Assembly (NCBI GenBank): GCA_964581195.1
Contig: CAZONS010000002.1
Coordinates: 1 to 34,490, forward strand
DNA from: an uncultured Thiobacillus sp.
GTDB taxonomy: Bacteria; Pseudomonadota; Gammaproteobacteria; Burkholderiales; Thiobacillaceae
Length of the DNA: 34,490 bases
Direction of reading: 5' to 3'
Both the position numbers and the translations under genes were made by a program. Within the stretch, counting starts at the first letter, position 1; every line of letters begins with the position of its first letter. Shown one piece after another: positions 1 through 10,612 of the stretch. The notes beneath the pieces were generated by a model. That model was not told the DNA's origin. It saw nothing but the letters and a program-made list of their open reading frames with translations, and searched no databases.

Positions 1-1
1 C

Positions 2-163
2 GCCGATCTCTCCGGCGCCGATCTCTCCGGCGCCGACCTGGCCGGCGCCAATCTGCGCTACGCGGTACTCGGCGGCGCCATGCTGGTCGGCACACGGCTG
101 GATAACGCGGTGTGGAGCGACGGTCGCGCCTGCGCGCCAGGGTCGATCGGCGCATGTCCGTGA
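2..163 (+). CDS. Pentapeptide-repeat protein, C-terminal fragment (5' end lies outside the window)
   Basis: Frame 2 is open from the window edge. It translates as ADLSG ADLSG ADLAG ANLRY AVLGG AMLVG, consecutive A(D/N)LxG-type pentapeptides. The TGA at 161-163 overlaps the next gene's ATG (ATGTCCGTGA). Confidence 0.6.
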   Translation, partial: ADLSGADLSGADLAGANLRYAVLGGAMLVGTRLDNAVWSDGRACAPGSIGACP

Positions 164-921
164 TCCTGACCTCGCGCGCGAACCCCGGCTATCAGGCCCT
201 GCGGGCGCTGGCGGAGGATCGCCGCGCGCGGCGCCAGGCCGGCGCCACCCTGATCGACGGTGAGCACCTGCTCGAAGCCGCTCTCGCGGCCGGGGTCATG
301 CCGCGCCGCCTGGTGTTTTCGGCGAGCGCGCTGGAAGGTCATCTCGCCGCCTGGCGCGAGCGCTTGCCCACGGTGCCGGCCCTGCGCCTGTCCGATGCGC
401 TGTTCGCCGCGCTCTCGCCGGTGGCGGCGCCGACCGGAGTGCTCGCGGAGATCGCCATTCCGGCGCCCGCGCAAGGCACGGCGGGTTTCGTGGTGCTGCT
501 GGAAGACGTTCAGGACCCCGGCAACCTGGGGGCGCTCTTGCGCACCGCCGCGGCCGCCGGCGTCGAGCGGGCCTATCTCTCCACCGCCTGTGCCGACGCC
601 TGGTCGCCCAAGTGCTTGCGCGGCGGCCAGGGCGCGCAGTTTCGGCTGGCCATTCAGGAACGCGCGGACCTGCCGGAAGTGGCGCGCGCCTTCCCCGGTG
701 TCATCCACGCCGCCGTGCTCGGCGCCGAGACCTCGTTGTTCGATCTGGAACTGCGCGGCGCAGTGGGTTTCGCCTTCGGCAACGAGGGCGCCGGCCTGAG
801 CGAGGCGCTGCGCGCCCAGGCCAGCCCCTTCACCATCCCGATGAGCGACCGGGTGGAATCGCTCAACGTCGCCGCCGCCGCCGCCATCTGCCTGTTCGAG
901 CGGACGCGGCAAGGGTTGTAG
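154..921 (+). CDS. SpoU/TrmH-family RNA 2'-O-methyltransferase
   Basis: Part of ORF 112..921. The internal ATG at 154 gives MSVILTSRANPGYQ. SpoU-type motifs are present: LEDVQDPGNLGALLRTA, FGNEGAGLS, ESLNVAAAAAICLFE. Confidence 0.85.
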   Translation: MSVILTSRANPGYQALRALAEDRRARRQAGATLIDGEHLLEAALAAGVMPRRLVFSASALEGHLAAWRERLPTVPALRLSDALFAALSPVAAPTGVLAEIAIPAPAQGTAGFVVLLEDVQDPGNLGALLRTAAAAGVERAYLSTACADAWSPKCLRGGQGAQFRLAIQERADLPEVARAFPGVIHAAVLGAETSLFDLELRGAVGFAFGNEGAGLSEALRAQASPFTIPMSDRVESLNVAAAAAICLFERTRQGL

Positions 922-997
922 CCCGGATGCAGCGATAGCGGAATCCGGGGAAGTGGGCCGACGCGCCCCGGATTCCGCTGCGCTGCATCCGGGCTAC
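918..997. repeat. 80-bp REP-type palindrome (family A: GTAGCCCGGATGC..GGAATCCGGGG) between convergent genes
   Basis: GTAGCCCGGATGCAGCGATAGCGGAATCCGGGG, a 15-nt spacer, then CCCCGGATTCCGCTGCGCTGCATCCGGGCTAC. The same unit recurs at about 15847, about 15973 and 19518. It fills the gap between the trmH-like stop and the ppsR stop, so it is a likely bidirectional terminator or mRNA stabiliser. Confidence 0.85.
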
Positions 998-1003
998 GGT
1001 GTA

Positions 1004-1825
1004 TTACGGCTTCACCTTTGCCGGCAACGACTGCTTGATGATGGCCGCGATCTCCTCCACCGAGCGGGCGGTGGAATCGACCACCGGCACGCCGGCATCG
1101 CGCATCATCGCCTCCGCCCGGGCCAGTTCGTCGCGGCAGGTCTCGATCGACGAATAGCTGCTGTTCGGCCGCCGCTCCGAGCGGATCTGCGCCAGACGTT
1201 CCGGATCCAGGGTGAGACCGCGCAGCTTGGGCAGGAAGCGCAGCAGCGATTCCGGCAGGCCGGGGTGCTCGAAGTTCTCCGGCGTGAGCGGGTAGTTGGC
1301 GACGTTGAGCGCGTACTGCATCGCCATGTACAGCGAGGTCGGCGTCTTGCCGCTGCGCGAGACGCCGACCAGGATGACATCGGCGCGTTCGTATTTCTCG
1401 AGGCTCAATCCATCGTCCGCCGCCAGGGCGAAATTCACCGCGTTGATCCGCAGGTAGTAATCGCTCTGGTCACCCATGCCGTGGAAACGGCCGCGCAGCG
1501 GTTCCGGCGGATAGCCGATCTCGCCCACCATCATGCCCAGGAAATGGCCGTAGATATCCATCACCAGGGCGCCGCAGGAAGCCAATGCTGCACGTGCGCC
1601 AGGATCGGTCAGCGTGGAGTACACAAACGGCTTCAAGCTGGTGTTTTTCCAGGCTTCCCGGATTTGTTGCGCCGCAATATTCGCTTTCTCCAAATTATCG
1701 ACGAAGGGTAAACTGCTGGTCGCGAACGCTTCGTCGGGGAATTGCGAGAGCAGACTCTTGCCAATGATCTCGGCGGTGATGCCAGTGTGGTCGGAAACGA
1801 AAAATACCGGTCGGACGGGTCTCAT
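1004..1825 (-). CDS. ppsR: PEP synthase regulatory protein (bifunctional kinase/pyrophosphorylase, DUF299)
   Basis: 273 aa. It starts [12 protein letters not shown] and has the P-loop [12 protein letters not shown]. It is divergently paired with ppsA, the conserved arrangement. Confidence 0.9.
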   Translation of the reverse strand: MRPVRPVFFVSDHTGITAEIIGKSLLSQFPDEAFATSSLPFVDNLEKANIAAQQIREAWKNTSLKPFVYSTLTDPGARAALASCGALVMDIYGHFLGMMVGEIGYPPEPLRGRFHGMGDQSDYYLRINAVNFALAADDGLSLEKYERADVILVGVSRSGKTPTSLYMAMQYALNVANYPLTPENFEHPGLPESLLRFLPKLRGLTLDPERLAQIRSERRPNSSYSSIETCRDELARAEAMMRDAGVPVVDSTARSVEEIAAIIKQSLPAKVKP

Positions 1826-1872
1826 GGGGATGGGGCGACGTTTGTGTCAATGTTCAGAGGAGTTTCTTTCAG

Positions 1873-4239
<2,367 letters not shown>

Positions 4240-4258
4240 TCGCGCCTTCGCCGTTCTG

Positions 4259-4287
4259 AAACGCCGGCGTCCTCGCCGGCGTTTTTT
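4259..4287 (+). terminator. Rho-independent terminator after ppsA
   Basis: AACGCCGGCG, loop tcct, CGCCGGCGTT, followed by a T-run. It lies 20 nt after the ppsA stop. Confidence 0.85.
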
Positions 4288-4447
4288 CTGAGGGGAATCA
4301 TCGTGCGCACGGTGCGATGCATATCCATTACGTTCCCAAGGTTCCCGCGACCGGCGTCTTGTGCTCAAATTCGTGCCCTTTCACCGCACCACTATGGCGC
4401 GTGGCGGGCCGTGGCAGGGTGGCGGCGCGCCGCTGGCGTCGATACAC

Positions 4448-6130
4448 ATGAAAATCACCGTCAGTGAACTGATCGTCCGCTATCTGGAACGTCTCGGCAT
4501 CGACGTCATTTTCGGCATGCCGGGCGCGCATGTCCTGCCGATCTACGATCAGTTGCATGGTTCCAGCGTGCGCAGCGTGCTGGTCAAGCATGAACAGGGC
4601 GCGGCCTTCATGGCCGGTGGTTATGCGCGCGTCTCGCACCGGGTTTCGGCCTGCATCGCCACCGCCGGGCCGGGCGCCACCAATCTGTTGACCGGCATCG
4701 CCAACGCCTACGCGGAGCGCCTGCCGGTGCTGGTGATCACCGGCGAGACTTCGACCTACATCTTCGGCAAGGGCGGCTTGCAGGAAAGCTCGGGGGAGGG
4801 CGGGGCGATCGACCAGGGCAGCCTGTTCGCCGGCATCACCCGCTACCACAAGCTGATCGAGCGCACCGATTACCTTGGCCAGGTGCTCAATCAGGCCACC
4901 CGGGCGCTGTTCGCGCGCGATGCCGGGCCGGTGTTGCTGTCCATTCCCTACAACGTGCAGAAGGAAACCGTGGATGCCGGCGTGCTCGACCAGTTGCACA
5001 TTCCCGCGCACGGCGAGCCGATTCCGTCGCAGGCCGGTCCGGTGGCGGAACTGGGGCGGCTGATCGAGGCGGCGCGCGATCCGGTCATCGTCGCCGGCTA
5101 TGGCGCGATCAAGGCCGGTGCCCGCGGCCAGGTGGCGCGGCTGTCCGAGGCGCTGGGCATTCCGGTGGCGTCCAGTCTCAAGGCCAAGGGGGTGGTCAGC
5201 GAGGGTTCGCTCTGGTCGCTCGGTTGCCTGGGGGTGACCTCCAACGGCGATGCCTATCGCTACATCGTCGAGCATGCCGATCTGGTGATCTTCCTCGGCG
5301 CCGGCTTCAACGAGCGCACCAGCTATCTCTGGGACAGCAAGCTGCTGGCCGGCAAGAAGGTCGCGCAGGTGGACCGCGACGCCGCGCAACTGAACAAGGT
5401 GTTCAAGGCGGATGTGGCGATCCACGGCGACATTCGCGCGGTGCTGACCGAGTTGCTGGCCTTGCTGGAATCGGACCCGGCCAGCCATGGTCTCGCCGGC
5501 CAGCGGCGGGAAAAGCTGCTCGGCCATCGTCAGGCGGTGACGCAGCCACCGGGCGCGGAGGAGGCCGCGAGGCGCGCGCAATTCCGTCTCATGGAGGCCT
5601 TCTTCGCCGGGCTGGCGGCGCGATTTCCGGAGAATGCGATGATCTTCGACGACAACATCGTGTTCGCGCAGAGCTATTTCGACGTTTCCCACGCCAACCA
5701 CTATTTCCCGAATTCCGGCATCTCCTCGCTGGGCCATGCGATTCCGGCGGCGATCGGCGCCCGTTTCTTCGCCAAGGACAGCCCCACCTTCGCCATCCTC
5801 GGCGACGGCGGCTTCCAGATGTGTTGCATGGAACTCATGACCGCCGTGAACTACGGCATTCCGCTCAACGTGGTGGTCATCAACAACGCCAGCATGGGGC
5901 TGATCCGCAAGAACCAGTTCCAGTTGTACGGCGAGCGCTACATCGACTGCGACTTCATCAACCCGGATTTCCGCCTGCTGGCGCAATCCTTCGGCATCGG
6001 CCACCACAGGATCGAGCGCGAGGCCGACCTCGACGCGCTGTTCGCCGACGCCGACCTGACCGGCTCGATCAATCTCATCGAAATCATGCTGGACAAGAAT
6101 GCCTTCCCAACCTACCTGTCCGCCCGCTGA
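4448..6130 (+). CDS. Thiamine-diphosphate-dependent enzyme, acetolactate-synthase-large-subunit-like (substrate unknown)
   Basis: Part of ORF 4361..6130. I chose the ATG at 4448 (MKITVSELIVRYLERLGIDVIFGMPGAH) because ALS-like proteins begin this way. It has GPGATN and the ThDP-binding GDG..NN motif (ILGDGGFQMCCMELMTAVNYGIPLNVVVINNASMG). No small-subunit (ilvH-like) gene or other ilv gene is nearby. Confidence 0.85.
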   Translation: MKITVSELIVRYLERLGIDVIFGMPGAHVLPIYDQLHGSSVRSVLVKHEQGAAFMAGGYARVSHRVSACIATAGPGATNLLTGIANAYAERLPVLVITGETSTYIFGKGGLQESSGEGGAIDQGSLFAGITRYHKLIERTDYLGQVLNQATRALFARDAGPVLLSIPYNVQKETVDAGVLDQLHIPAHGEPIPSQAGPVAELGRLIEAARDPVIVAGYGAIKAGARGQVARLSEALGIPVASSLKAKGVVSEGSLWSLGCLGVTSNGDAYRYIVEHADLVIFLGAGFNERTSYLWDSKLLAGKKVAQVDRDAAQLNKVFKADVAIHGDIRAVLTELLALLESDPASHGLAGQRREKLLGHRQAVTQPPGAEEAARRAQFRLMEAFFAGLAARFPENAMIFDDNIVFAQSYFDVSHANHYFPNSGISSLGHAIPAAIGARFFAKDSPTFAILGDGGFQMCCMELMTAVNYGIPLNVVVINNASMGLIRKNQFQLYGERYIDCDFINPDFRLLAQSFGIGHHRIEREADLDALFADADLTGSINLIEIMLDKNAFPTYLSAR

Positions 6131-7946
6131 ACTCGACGCCTGGATCGCGGATCAGCGCGGCGCCGTCGCGGAACTGGAAAGGGCGCTCTGGCATGGCGGG
6201 TTGAACGCGGCGCTGCTGGCGCCCTATCAGGCGGCCTTCCGTGAATTGGAAAACCTTGTCGCGGCGCGCGGCGAGGACGGGCGGCACCGTTTCATCATCG
6301 TCATTCCGGTCGCCGACAGTCCGCTGCACCTGAAGGATTGTCTGGGCAGCCTGCTGGAACTGTGCCGCGCCTATGGCTATGGCGGCCAGAAGGACGGCCG
6401 CTGGCGCAAGGTTGAGGTGCTGCTCGCCGACGACTCCGGCGACGCGGGCGTCATCGAACAGAACCGCGCCATCGCGGATGAATTCGAGGGTCAGGGGCTC
6501 ACTACCCATTACTTCGGGCTGGAACAACAGCTTGCGCTGCTGGAGCGCGTTGAGACCCCCCCTTTATCAAAGGGGGGCAGGGGGGATTGGGCTACGGATC
6601 CACTCGCGCAACCCTCGGAGAAATCCCCCCCAGCCCCCCTTTTGCATAGGGGGGAGTCAGCCCCGCCGGGCCTCGCCTCCATCCTCGGCTCACACCGTCG
6701 CGACGCCTTTCATCACAAGGGTCAGGCGATGATGCGCAACCTCGCCTATTTGAAACTGGCGGAGATGGCCGCCGGCGACGCATCCGTCCTGTTCTACAGC
6801 ATCGACGCCGACCAGGAGTTCAAGGTGAAGGTGCCCACGCCCGAGGGTGGCCGCGAGGTGCTGGCGGTGAATTTCCTCTATCGCCTCGACGAGATCTTCA
6901 GCCAGACCGAAGCGCGGATACTGACCGGGAAGGTGGTCGGCGATCCACCGGTGTCGCCGGCGGTGATGGCCGGCAATTTCATGGAGGATGTGATCGGCTT
7001 CCTCGAAGAAATGGCCGCCGCCGAGCCGGGCGCGGCCTATCGCCAGCCCGGCGCCACGGGGGGCGGCGACGCCGCCTATCACGACATGGCCGACCTGTTC
7101 GGCTTCAAGCAGGCCGGCGAGGCCTACCGTTACCGCTGCCCGATGCCGGACACGCCCGATAACGCGGCGTGTTTCGCCGAATTCTCCCGCCGCCTCAACA
7201 GCTTCTTCCACGGCGAGCACCCCACCCGCATCACCTGGTTCGAATATCAGGACGCGCTGGCCAGCGTGCAGCCGGCGCGCACCATCTACACCGGCAATTA
7301 CGTGTTCCGGCCGGCGGCGTTGTCCTGGTTCATCCCCTACGCGCCGCTGCGCCTGCGCATGTCCGGCCCGACCATGGGGCGGCTGCTCAAGGCGGAGATG
7401 GGGGATCGTTTCGTCTCCGCCAACCTGCCCATGCTGCACAAGCGCACGGTCGAGGCCACCGGCGCCGCCGAGTTCCGCCCCGGCATCGTCGCCGAACGGG
7501 AACAGATCGACCTCTGCGGCGAATTCGAGCGGCAGTTCCACGGCGACGTCATGCTGTTTTCCATGCAGCGCCTCACCGCCCTGGGCTACCCCGCGCAAGC
7601 CCTGGCCGAGGTCGTGGTCGCCGAAGTGCTGGATGCGACCCGCGCCGAGATGCGCGAGAAATATCGCCTCAAGCAGGCGGCCATCCTGGAGCGGCTGGCC
7701 TTGTTGCGGTCCCTGTTGGATGACCCGGCGCATTGGTGGAACCGTTCACCGCAACTGGCCGACGCCGTCGCCCACTTCCAGACCTTCGTCGCCAACATGG
7801 CGCACAACTTCGGCGAGGACTCCCCTTGCTACGCCCGCCTCGACGCCGCCGGCAACTGGGACACCTGGCGCGGACGGCAACTCGCCGCCATCCAGGGCTT
7901 GCAGCGTGACCGGCAAGCCTGGAACGCGGCTTTGGCACGCTTGTAA
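6099..7946 (+). CDS. Large GT-A-fold glycosyltransferase-like protein with a helical C-terminal region; family unclear
   Basis: 615-aa ORF with GC3-rich coding signal. N-terminus RFIIVIPVADSPLHLKDCLGSLLE...VEVLLADDSGD resembles a GT-A nucleotide-sugar fold. HHKGQAMMRNLAYL followed by YSIDADQEF (DxD) resembles the KGxAMwR...DAD layout of GpgS/MpgS-type retaining transferases, from memory. The start overlaps the upstream stop by 32 nt. Confidence 0.7.
   Translation: MPSQPTCPPAELDAWIADQRGAVAELERALWHGGLNAALLAPYQAAFRELENLVAARGEDGRHRFIIVIPVADSPLHLKDCLGSLLELCRAYGYGGQKDGRWRKVEVLLADDSGDAGVIEQNRAIADEFEGQGLTTHYFGLEQQLALLERVETPPLSKGGRGDWATDPLAQPSEKSPPAPLLHRGESAPPGLASILGSHRRDAFHHKGQAMMRNLAYLKLAEMAAGDASVLFYSIDADQEFKVKVPTPEGGREVLAVNFLYRLDEIFSQTEARILTGKVVGDPPVSPAVMAGNFMEDVIGFLEEMAAAEPGAAYRQPGATGGGDAAYHDMADLFGFKQAGEAYRYRCPMPDTPDNAACFAEFSRRLNSFFHGEHPTRITWFEYQDALASVQPARTIYTGNYVFRPAALSWFIPYAPLRLRMSGPTMGRLLKAEMGDRFVSANLPMLHKRTVEATGAAEFRPGIVAEREQIDLCGEFERQFHGDVMLFSMQRLTALGYPAQALAEVVVAEVLDATRAEMREKYRLKQAAILERLALLRSLLDDPAHWWNRSPQLADAVAHFQTFVANMAHNFGEDSPCYARLDAAGNWDTWRGRQLAAIQGLQRDRQAWNAALARL
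6556..6655. repeat. About 100-bp triple-hairpin G6/C6 palindromic element (REP family B) inside the GT-like CDS, read through in frame
   Basis: Hairpin 1: CCCCCCTTT-atc-AAAGGGGGG (6557-6577). Hairpin 2: GGGGGGATT (6580-6588) pairs with AATCCCCCC (6622-6630). Hairpin 3: CCCCCCT-tttgcat-AGGGGGG (6634-6654). It translates as TPPLSKGGRGDWATDPLAQPSEKSPPAPLLHRGES. Confidence 0.75.
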
Positions 7947-7954
7947 CCCCGTAG

Positions 7955-7971
7955 GGTGCGCCGCGCGCACC
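7955..7971. repeat. REP family C hairpin (GGTGCGC-cgc-GCGCACC) just after the GT-like gene stop
   Basis: Perfect 7-bp stem with a 3-nt loop within GTAGGGTGCGCCGCGCGCACCAAC. There is no T-tract, so it is a REP-type hairpin rather than a canonical terminator. Confidence 0.6.
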
Positions 7972-8040
7972 AACCCATTGCGAAAAACCTGGGCCACCTG
8001 CTAACCTGTCTTACCTTGATCTTACGTTGTGGGGCATGAA

Positions 8041-8301
8041 ATGGAGACGACCCGTTTGTCCAGCAAGGGGCAGGTGATCCTGCCCAAATCCATCCGCACC
8101 GCGCATCACTGGGAGCCGGGGGTCGAATTCAGTGTCGAGGACGTCAGCGACGGCATCCTCTTGCGCCCGATCAAAGTCCATCCCGTCACCCGGTTGGATG
8201 ATGTGATCGGCTGCCTGGGCTATAGCGGCCCGGCGAAGACATTGGAAGAAATGGACGCCGCCATCGCCGCCGGCATCCAGGCCCGGCATGATCGCGGTTG
8301 A
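8041..8301 (+). CDS. vapB: AbrB/SpoVT-fold antitoxin (VapB-type)
   Basis: METTRLSSKGQVILPKSIRTAHHWEPGVEFSVE is a typical AbrB/MazE-like swapped-hairpin N-terminus. A GTG at 8029 is an alternative start. The 3' end overlaps the PIN gene by 14 nt. Confidence 0.8.
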   Translation: METTRLSSKGQVILPKSIRTAHHWEPGVEFSVEDVSDGILLRPIKVHPVTRLDDVIGCLGYSGPAKTLEEMDAAIAAGIQARHDRG

Positions 8302-8671
8302 CACCAATGTCCTGGTTCGCCTGCTGACCGGAGACGACCCGGTGCAGACGGAACGGGCGGCCGACCTGTTCCGACGCGAACACATACTGATCGCCAAGAC
8401 GGTCTTGCTGGAAACAGAATGGGTGCTGCGCTACAGCTATAGGCTTTCGCCCCAGGCCATCCAGACGGCATTCCGCAAACTCCTCGGCTTGCCCCAGGTC
8501 ACCCAGGAGGATGCCGCCGCTGTCTCCGATGCTCTGGCTCGCTTTGAGGCCGGCATGGATTTCGCTGATGCCTTGCATCTGGTCTCGGGGCATGGCGCGG
8601 AAGCTTTCGCGACTTTCGACGTTCGACTGCAACAACGCGCCGGCGAGCAAGTGCCCGTCAAGTTGCTCTGA
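8288..8671 (+). CDS. vapC: PIN-domain ribonuclease toxin (VapC-type)
   Basis: 127 aa. The MIAVDTNVLVRLL start carries the first PIN acidic residue. Later acidic residues (LLETEW, DFADALH) and the size and overlap with the upstream antitoxin are typical of vapBC. Confidence 0.85.
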   Translation: MIAVDTNVLVRLLTGDDPVQTERAADLFRREHILIAKTVLLETEWVLRYSYRLSPQAIQTAFRKLLGLPQVTQEDAAAVSDALARFEAGMDFADALHLVSGHGAEAFATFDVRLQQRAGEQVPVKLL

Positions 8672-8673
8672 GC

Positions 8674-9957
8674 ATGATCGCCTCAGCGCGCCACTGGCTC
8701 CACGCCCGTCGTCACCCCGACCGCTACGCCCAACTCGATCTACTCCTGCGCAATCAGGATTTGAGCCGGAAGCAGGTCTTGGAAAAACAACGGCGCGACC
8801 TCGACGCCATCGTCGCCCACGCCCGCCGCAACGTGCCGTATTACCGCGAGCGTTTCGCCGGCCTCGACGGCGCCGCCTTTCACGACCTCCCCATCCTGAG
8901 CAAGGATGCCATCGCCAGCCACCTCGACGATCTGCTCGCGGACGATGCCGACCGCGCCCAGGCCAGGGTCGGCCACACCGGCGGCTCCACCGGCAAGCCG
9001 CTGGCCTTCTGGTACGACGCGGCCAAGCACGAACTGATGCGCGCCGGCATGAAGCGCGGCTTCATGATGTCTGGCTGGCGGCCGGGGCAGAAGGTGATGT
9101 ACTTCTGGGGCGCGCGGCACGACACGCGCAAGGGGGGCGTATTCGGAGGAGGCTGGGGGGATCTCATCGCCGCCGAGAAGACCATCGCCGCCGTCGAATA
9201 CAGCGAAGCGAAGCTGCATGAGTGGGCGCGCGCGATCCAGACCTGGCGGCCGACCCTGCTCTACGGTTACGCCTCGGCGATGAGCGAGCTTGCCCGCCAT
9301 ATCCTCGCCCACCGCCTGCCCATGCCGAAGACTCTGATCGGCGTCTACTCCACCGCCGAAATGCTGGCCGACAGCCAGCGGGAAGTGATGCAACAGGCCT
9401 ACGGCTGCAAGGTGTTCAATCAGTACGGCTGCCGCGAGGTGCCGAACATCGCCTGGGAATGCCGGCATGGCCGGATGCACGTCTTCGCCGACCTGGTGCA
9501 TCTCGAATCCGTGGAAATCGAAGGGGAGGATCGCTTCCTGGTCACCTCGCTCAGCAACCGCCAGATGCCCTTCATCCGCTACGACGTCGGCGATTCCGGT
9601 CGCCTGCTCGAAGGCGATTGCCCTTGCGGCTCGCCATTCCCACTGATGGAAATGGGCCTATGCCGCAAGAACGACCTGATCCGCACCCGCGCCGGCGCCA
9701 CCTTCCACCCCGCCTATTTCAATCGCCTGCTCTACGGCATGACGCAAATCAGGCAATACCAGTGGGTGCAGACCGCGCTCGACCGTCTCGAACTGAATCT
9801 GGTCGCCGCCGAACCGCTGAGCGCCGAGGTCCTCGCCAGCCTGCGCGCCAGCCTCACGCGCGACGTCGACCCGGCGCTGCGGCTGGAGGTACACCATGTC
9901 GATGAGATACCGCGCACGGTCTCGGGCAAGCATCGCTTCGTGATCGGGTTGAAGTAG
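8674..9957 (+). CDS. Adenylate-forming ligase, phenylacetate-CoA ligase / CapK / F390-synthetase family
   Basis: 427 aa. AMP-binding core GHTGGSTGKPLAF, then YSTAEML, NQYGCREV, YDVGDSG and a C-terminal catalytic Lys context (VSGKHRFV). It starts 3 nt after the vapC stop. Confidence 0.85.
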   Translation: MIASARHWLHARRHPDRYAQLDLLLRNQDLSRKQVLEKQRRDLDAIVAHARRNVPYYRERFAGLDGAAFHDLPILSKDAIASHLDDLLADDADRAQARVGHTGGSTGKPLAFWYDAAKHELMRAGMKRGFMMSGWRPGQKVMYFWGARHDTRKGGVFGGGWGDLIAAEKTIAAVEYSEAKLHEWARAIQTWRPTLLYGYASAMSELARHILAHRLPMPKTLIGVYSTAEMLADSQREVMQQAYGCKVFNQYGCREVPNIAWECRHGRMHVFADLVHLESVEIEGEDRFLVTSLSNRQMPFIRYDVGDSGRLLEGDCPCGSPFPLMEMGLCRKNDLIRTRAGATFHPAYFNRLLYGMTQIRQYQWVQTALDRLELNLVAAEPLSAEVLASLRASLTRDVDPALRLEVHHVDEIPRTVSGKHRFVIGLK

Positions 9958-10003
9958 CCCCCACCCTGCTATCCTCGCCCCTCGTTCATCCGCCATTCCC
10001 CGC

Positions 10004-10612
10004 ATGTCCAACCCATCCGCGCGCCTGCGCTTCCCCGACGACGAAAAACGCCTGCCCTGGTTGGCGTTGCTGCTCGAAATCCAGTCCATCACCAACCAGG
10101 GCGTGGCCGCCGCGATCAAGGCGGATGGCCGCAAGCTGGCCTGCGCGCGGGGCTGCGCGAGTTGCTGCCGCAGCCACGCGGACATCCCGGTCTATCCGCT
10201 GGAACTGATGGGGCTGTACTGGTACGCGGTGGAGAAACTGGAAGGGGAATTGCGGGAACGGGTGCGGCAACAACTGGCGCGGCATCGGGAACTGGGCGCC
10301 TGCCCGTTTCTGGTCGACGAGGCCTGCGCCATCCATCCGCTGCGGCCGATGGCCTGCCGGCAGTTCAATGTCTTCACCTCGGTTTGCGAAGTGGGCGAGG
10401 ACGCCTTCCATACCCGACGCGGCGACGTGCTCAATCCGGATGTGAAGCGCAAGCATGAGGCGCTGCGCGAGATGCTGCGCCACCACGGGGTGAAGGCAGG
10501 CGTGGAGCGCCGCCGCCTGGTGGAAACTGGCGAAGTGCATCGGCTGGCGCGGAGCCTGCGCGAGATGCCTTGGGAAAATCTGGCGGCGCGGATGGGGCAG
10601 CGTGAGTCCTGA
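10004..10612 (+). CDS. YkgJ-family cysteine-cluster protein (UPF0153, putative Fe-S/Zn)
   Basis: 202 aa with CARGCASCC (CxxCxxCC) and a downstream CPF...[15 protein letters not shown] pattern characteristic of this family. Confidence 0.75.
   Translation: MSNPSARLRFPDDEKRLPWLALLLEIQSITNQGVAAAIKADGRKLACARGCASCCRSHADIPVYPLELMGLYWYAVEKLEGELRERVRQQLARHRELGACPFLVDEACAIHPLRPMACRQFNVFTSVCEVGEDAFHTRRGDVLNPDVKRKHEALREMLRHHGVKAGVERRRLVETGEVHRLARSLREMPWENLAARMGQRES

Noticed and set aside
4328-6007. 559-aa ORF antisense to the ThDP-dependent enzyme, plus 5224..6204 (+) in another frame
   Set aside because: Shadow ORFs of a GC3-rich gene. They have Arg/Ala/Gly/Pro-rich low-complexity translations and no motifs. 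The ThDP enzyme frame carries the GDG..NN signature.
8186-9501. Minus-strand and alternative-frame ORFs over vapBC and the CapK-like gene (8186..8650, 8511..9221, 8740..9501)
   Set aside because: Shadow frames without motifs. The plus-strand frames chosen carry AbrB, PIN and AMP-binding signatures.
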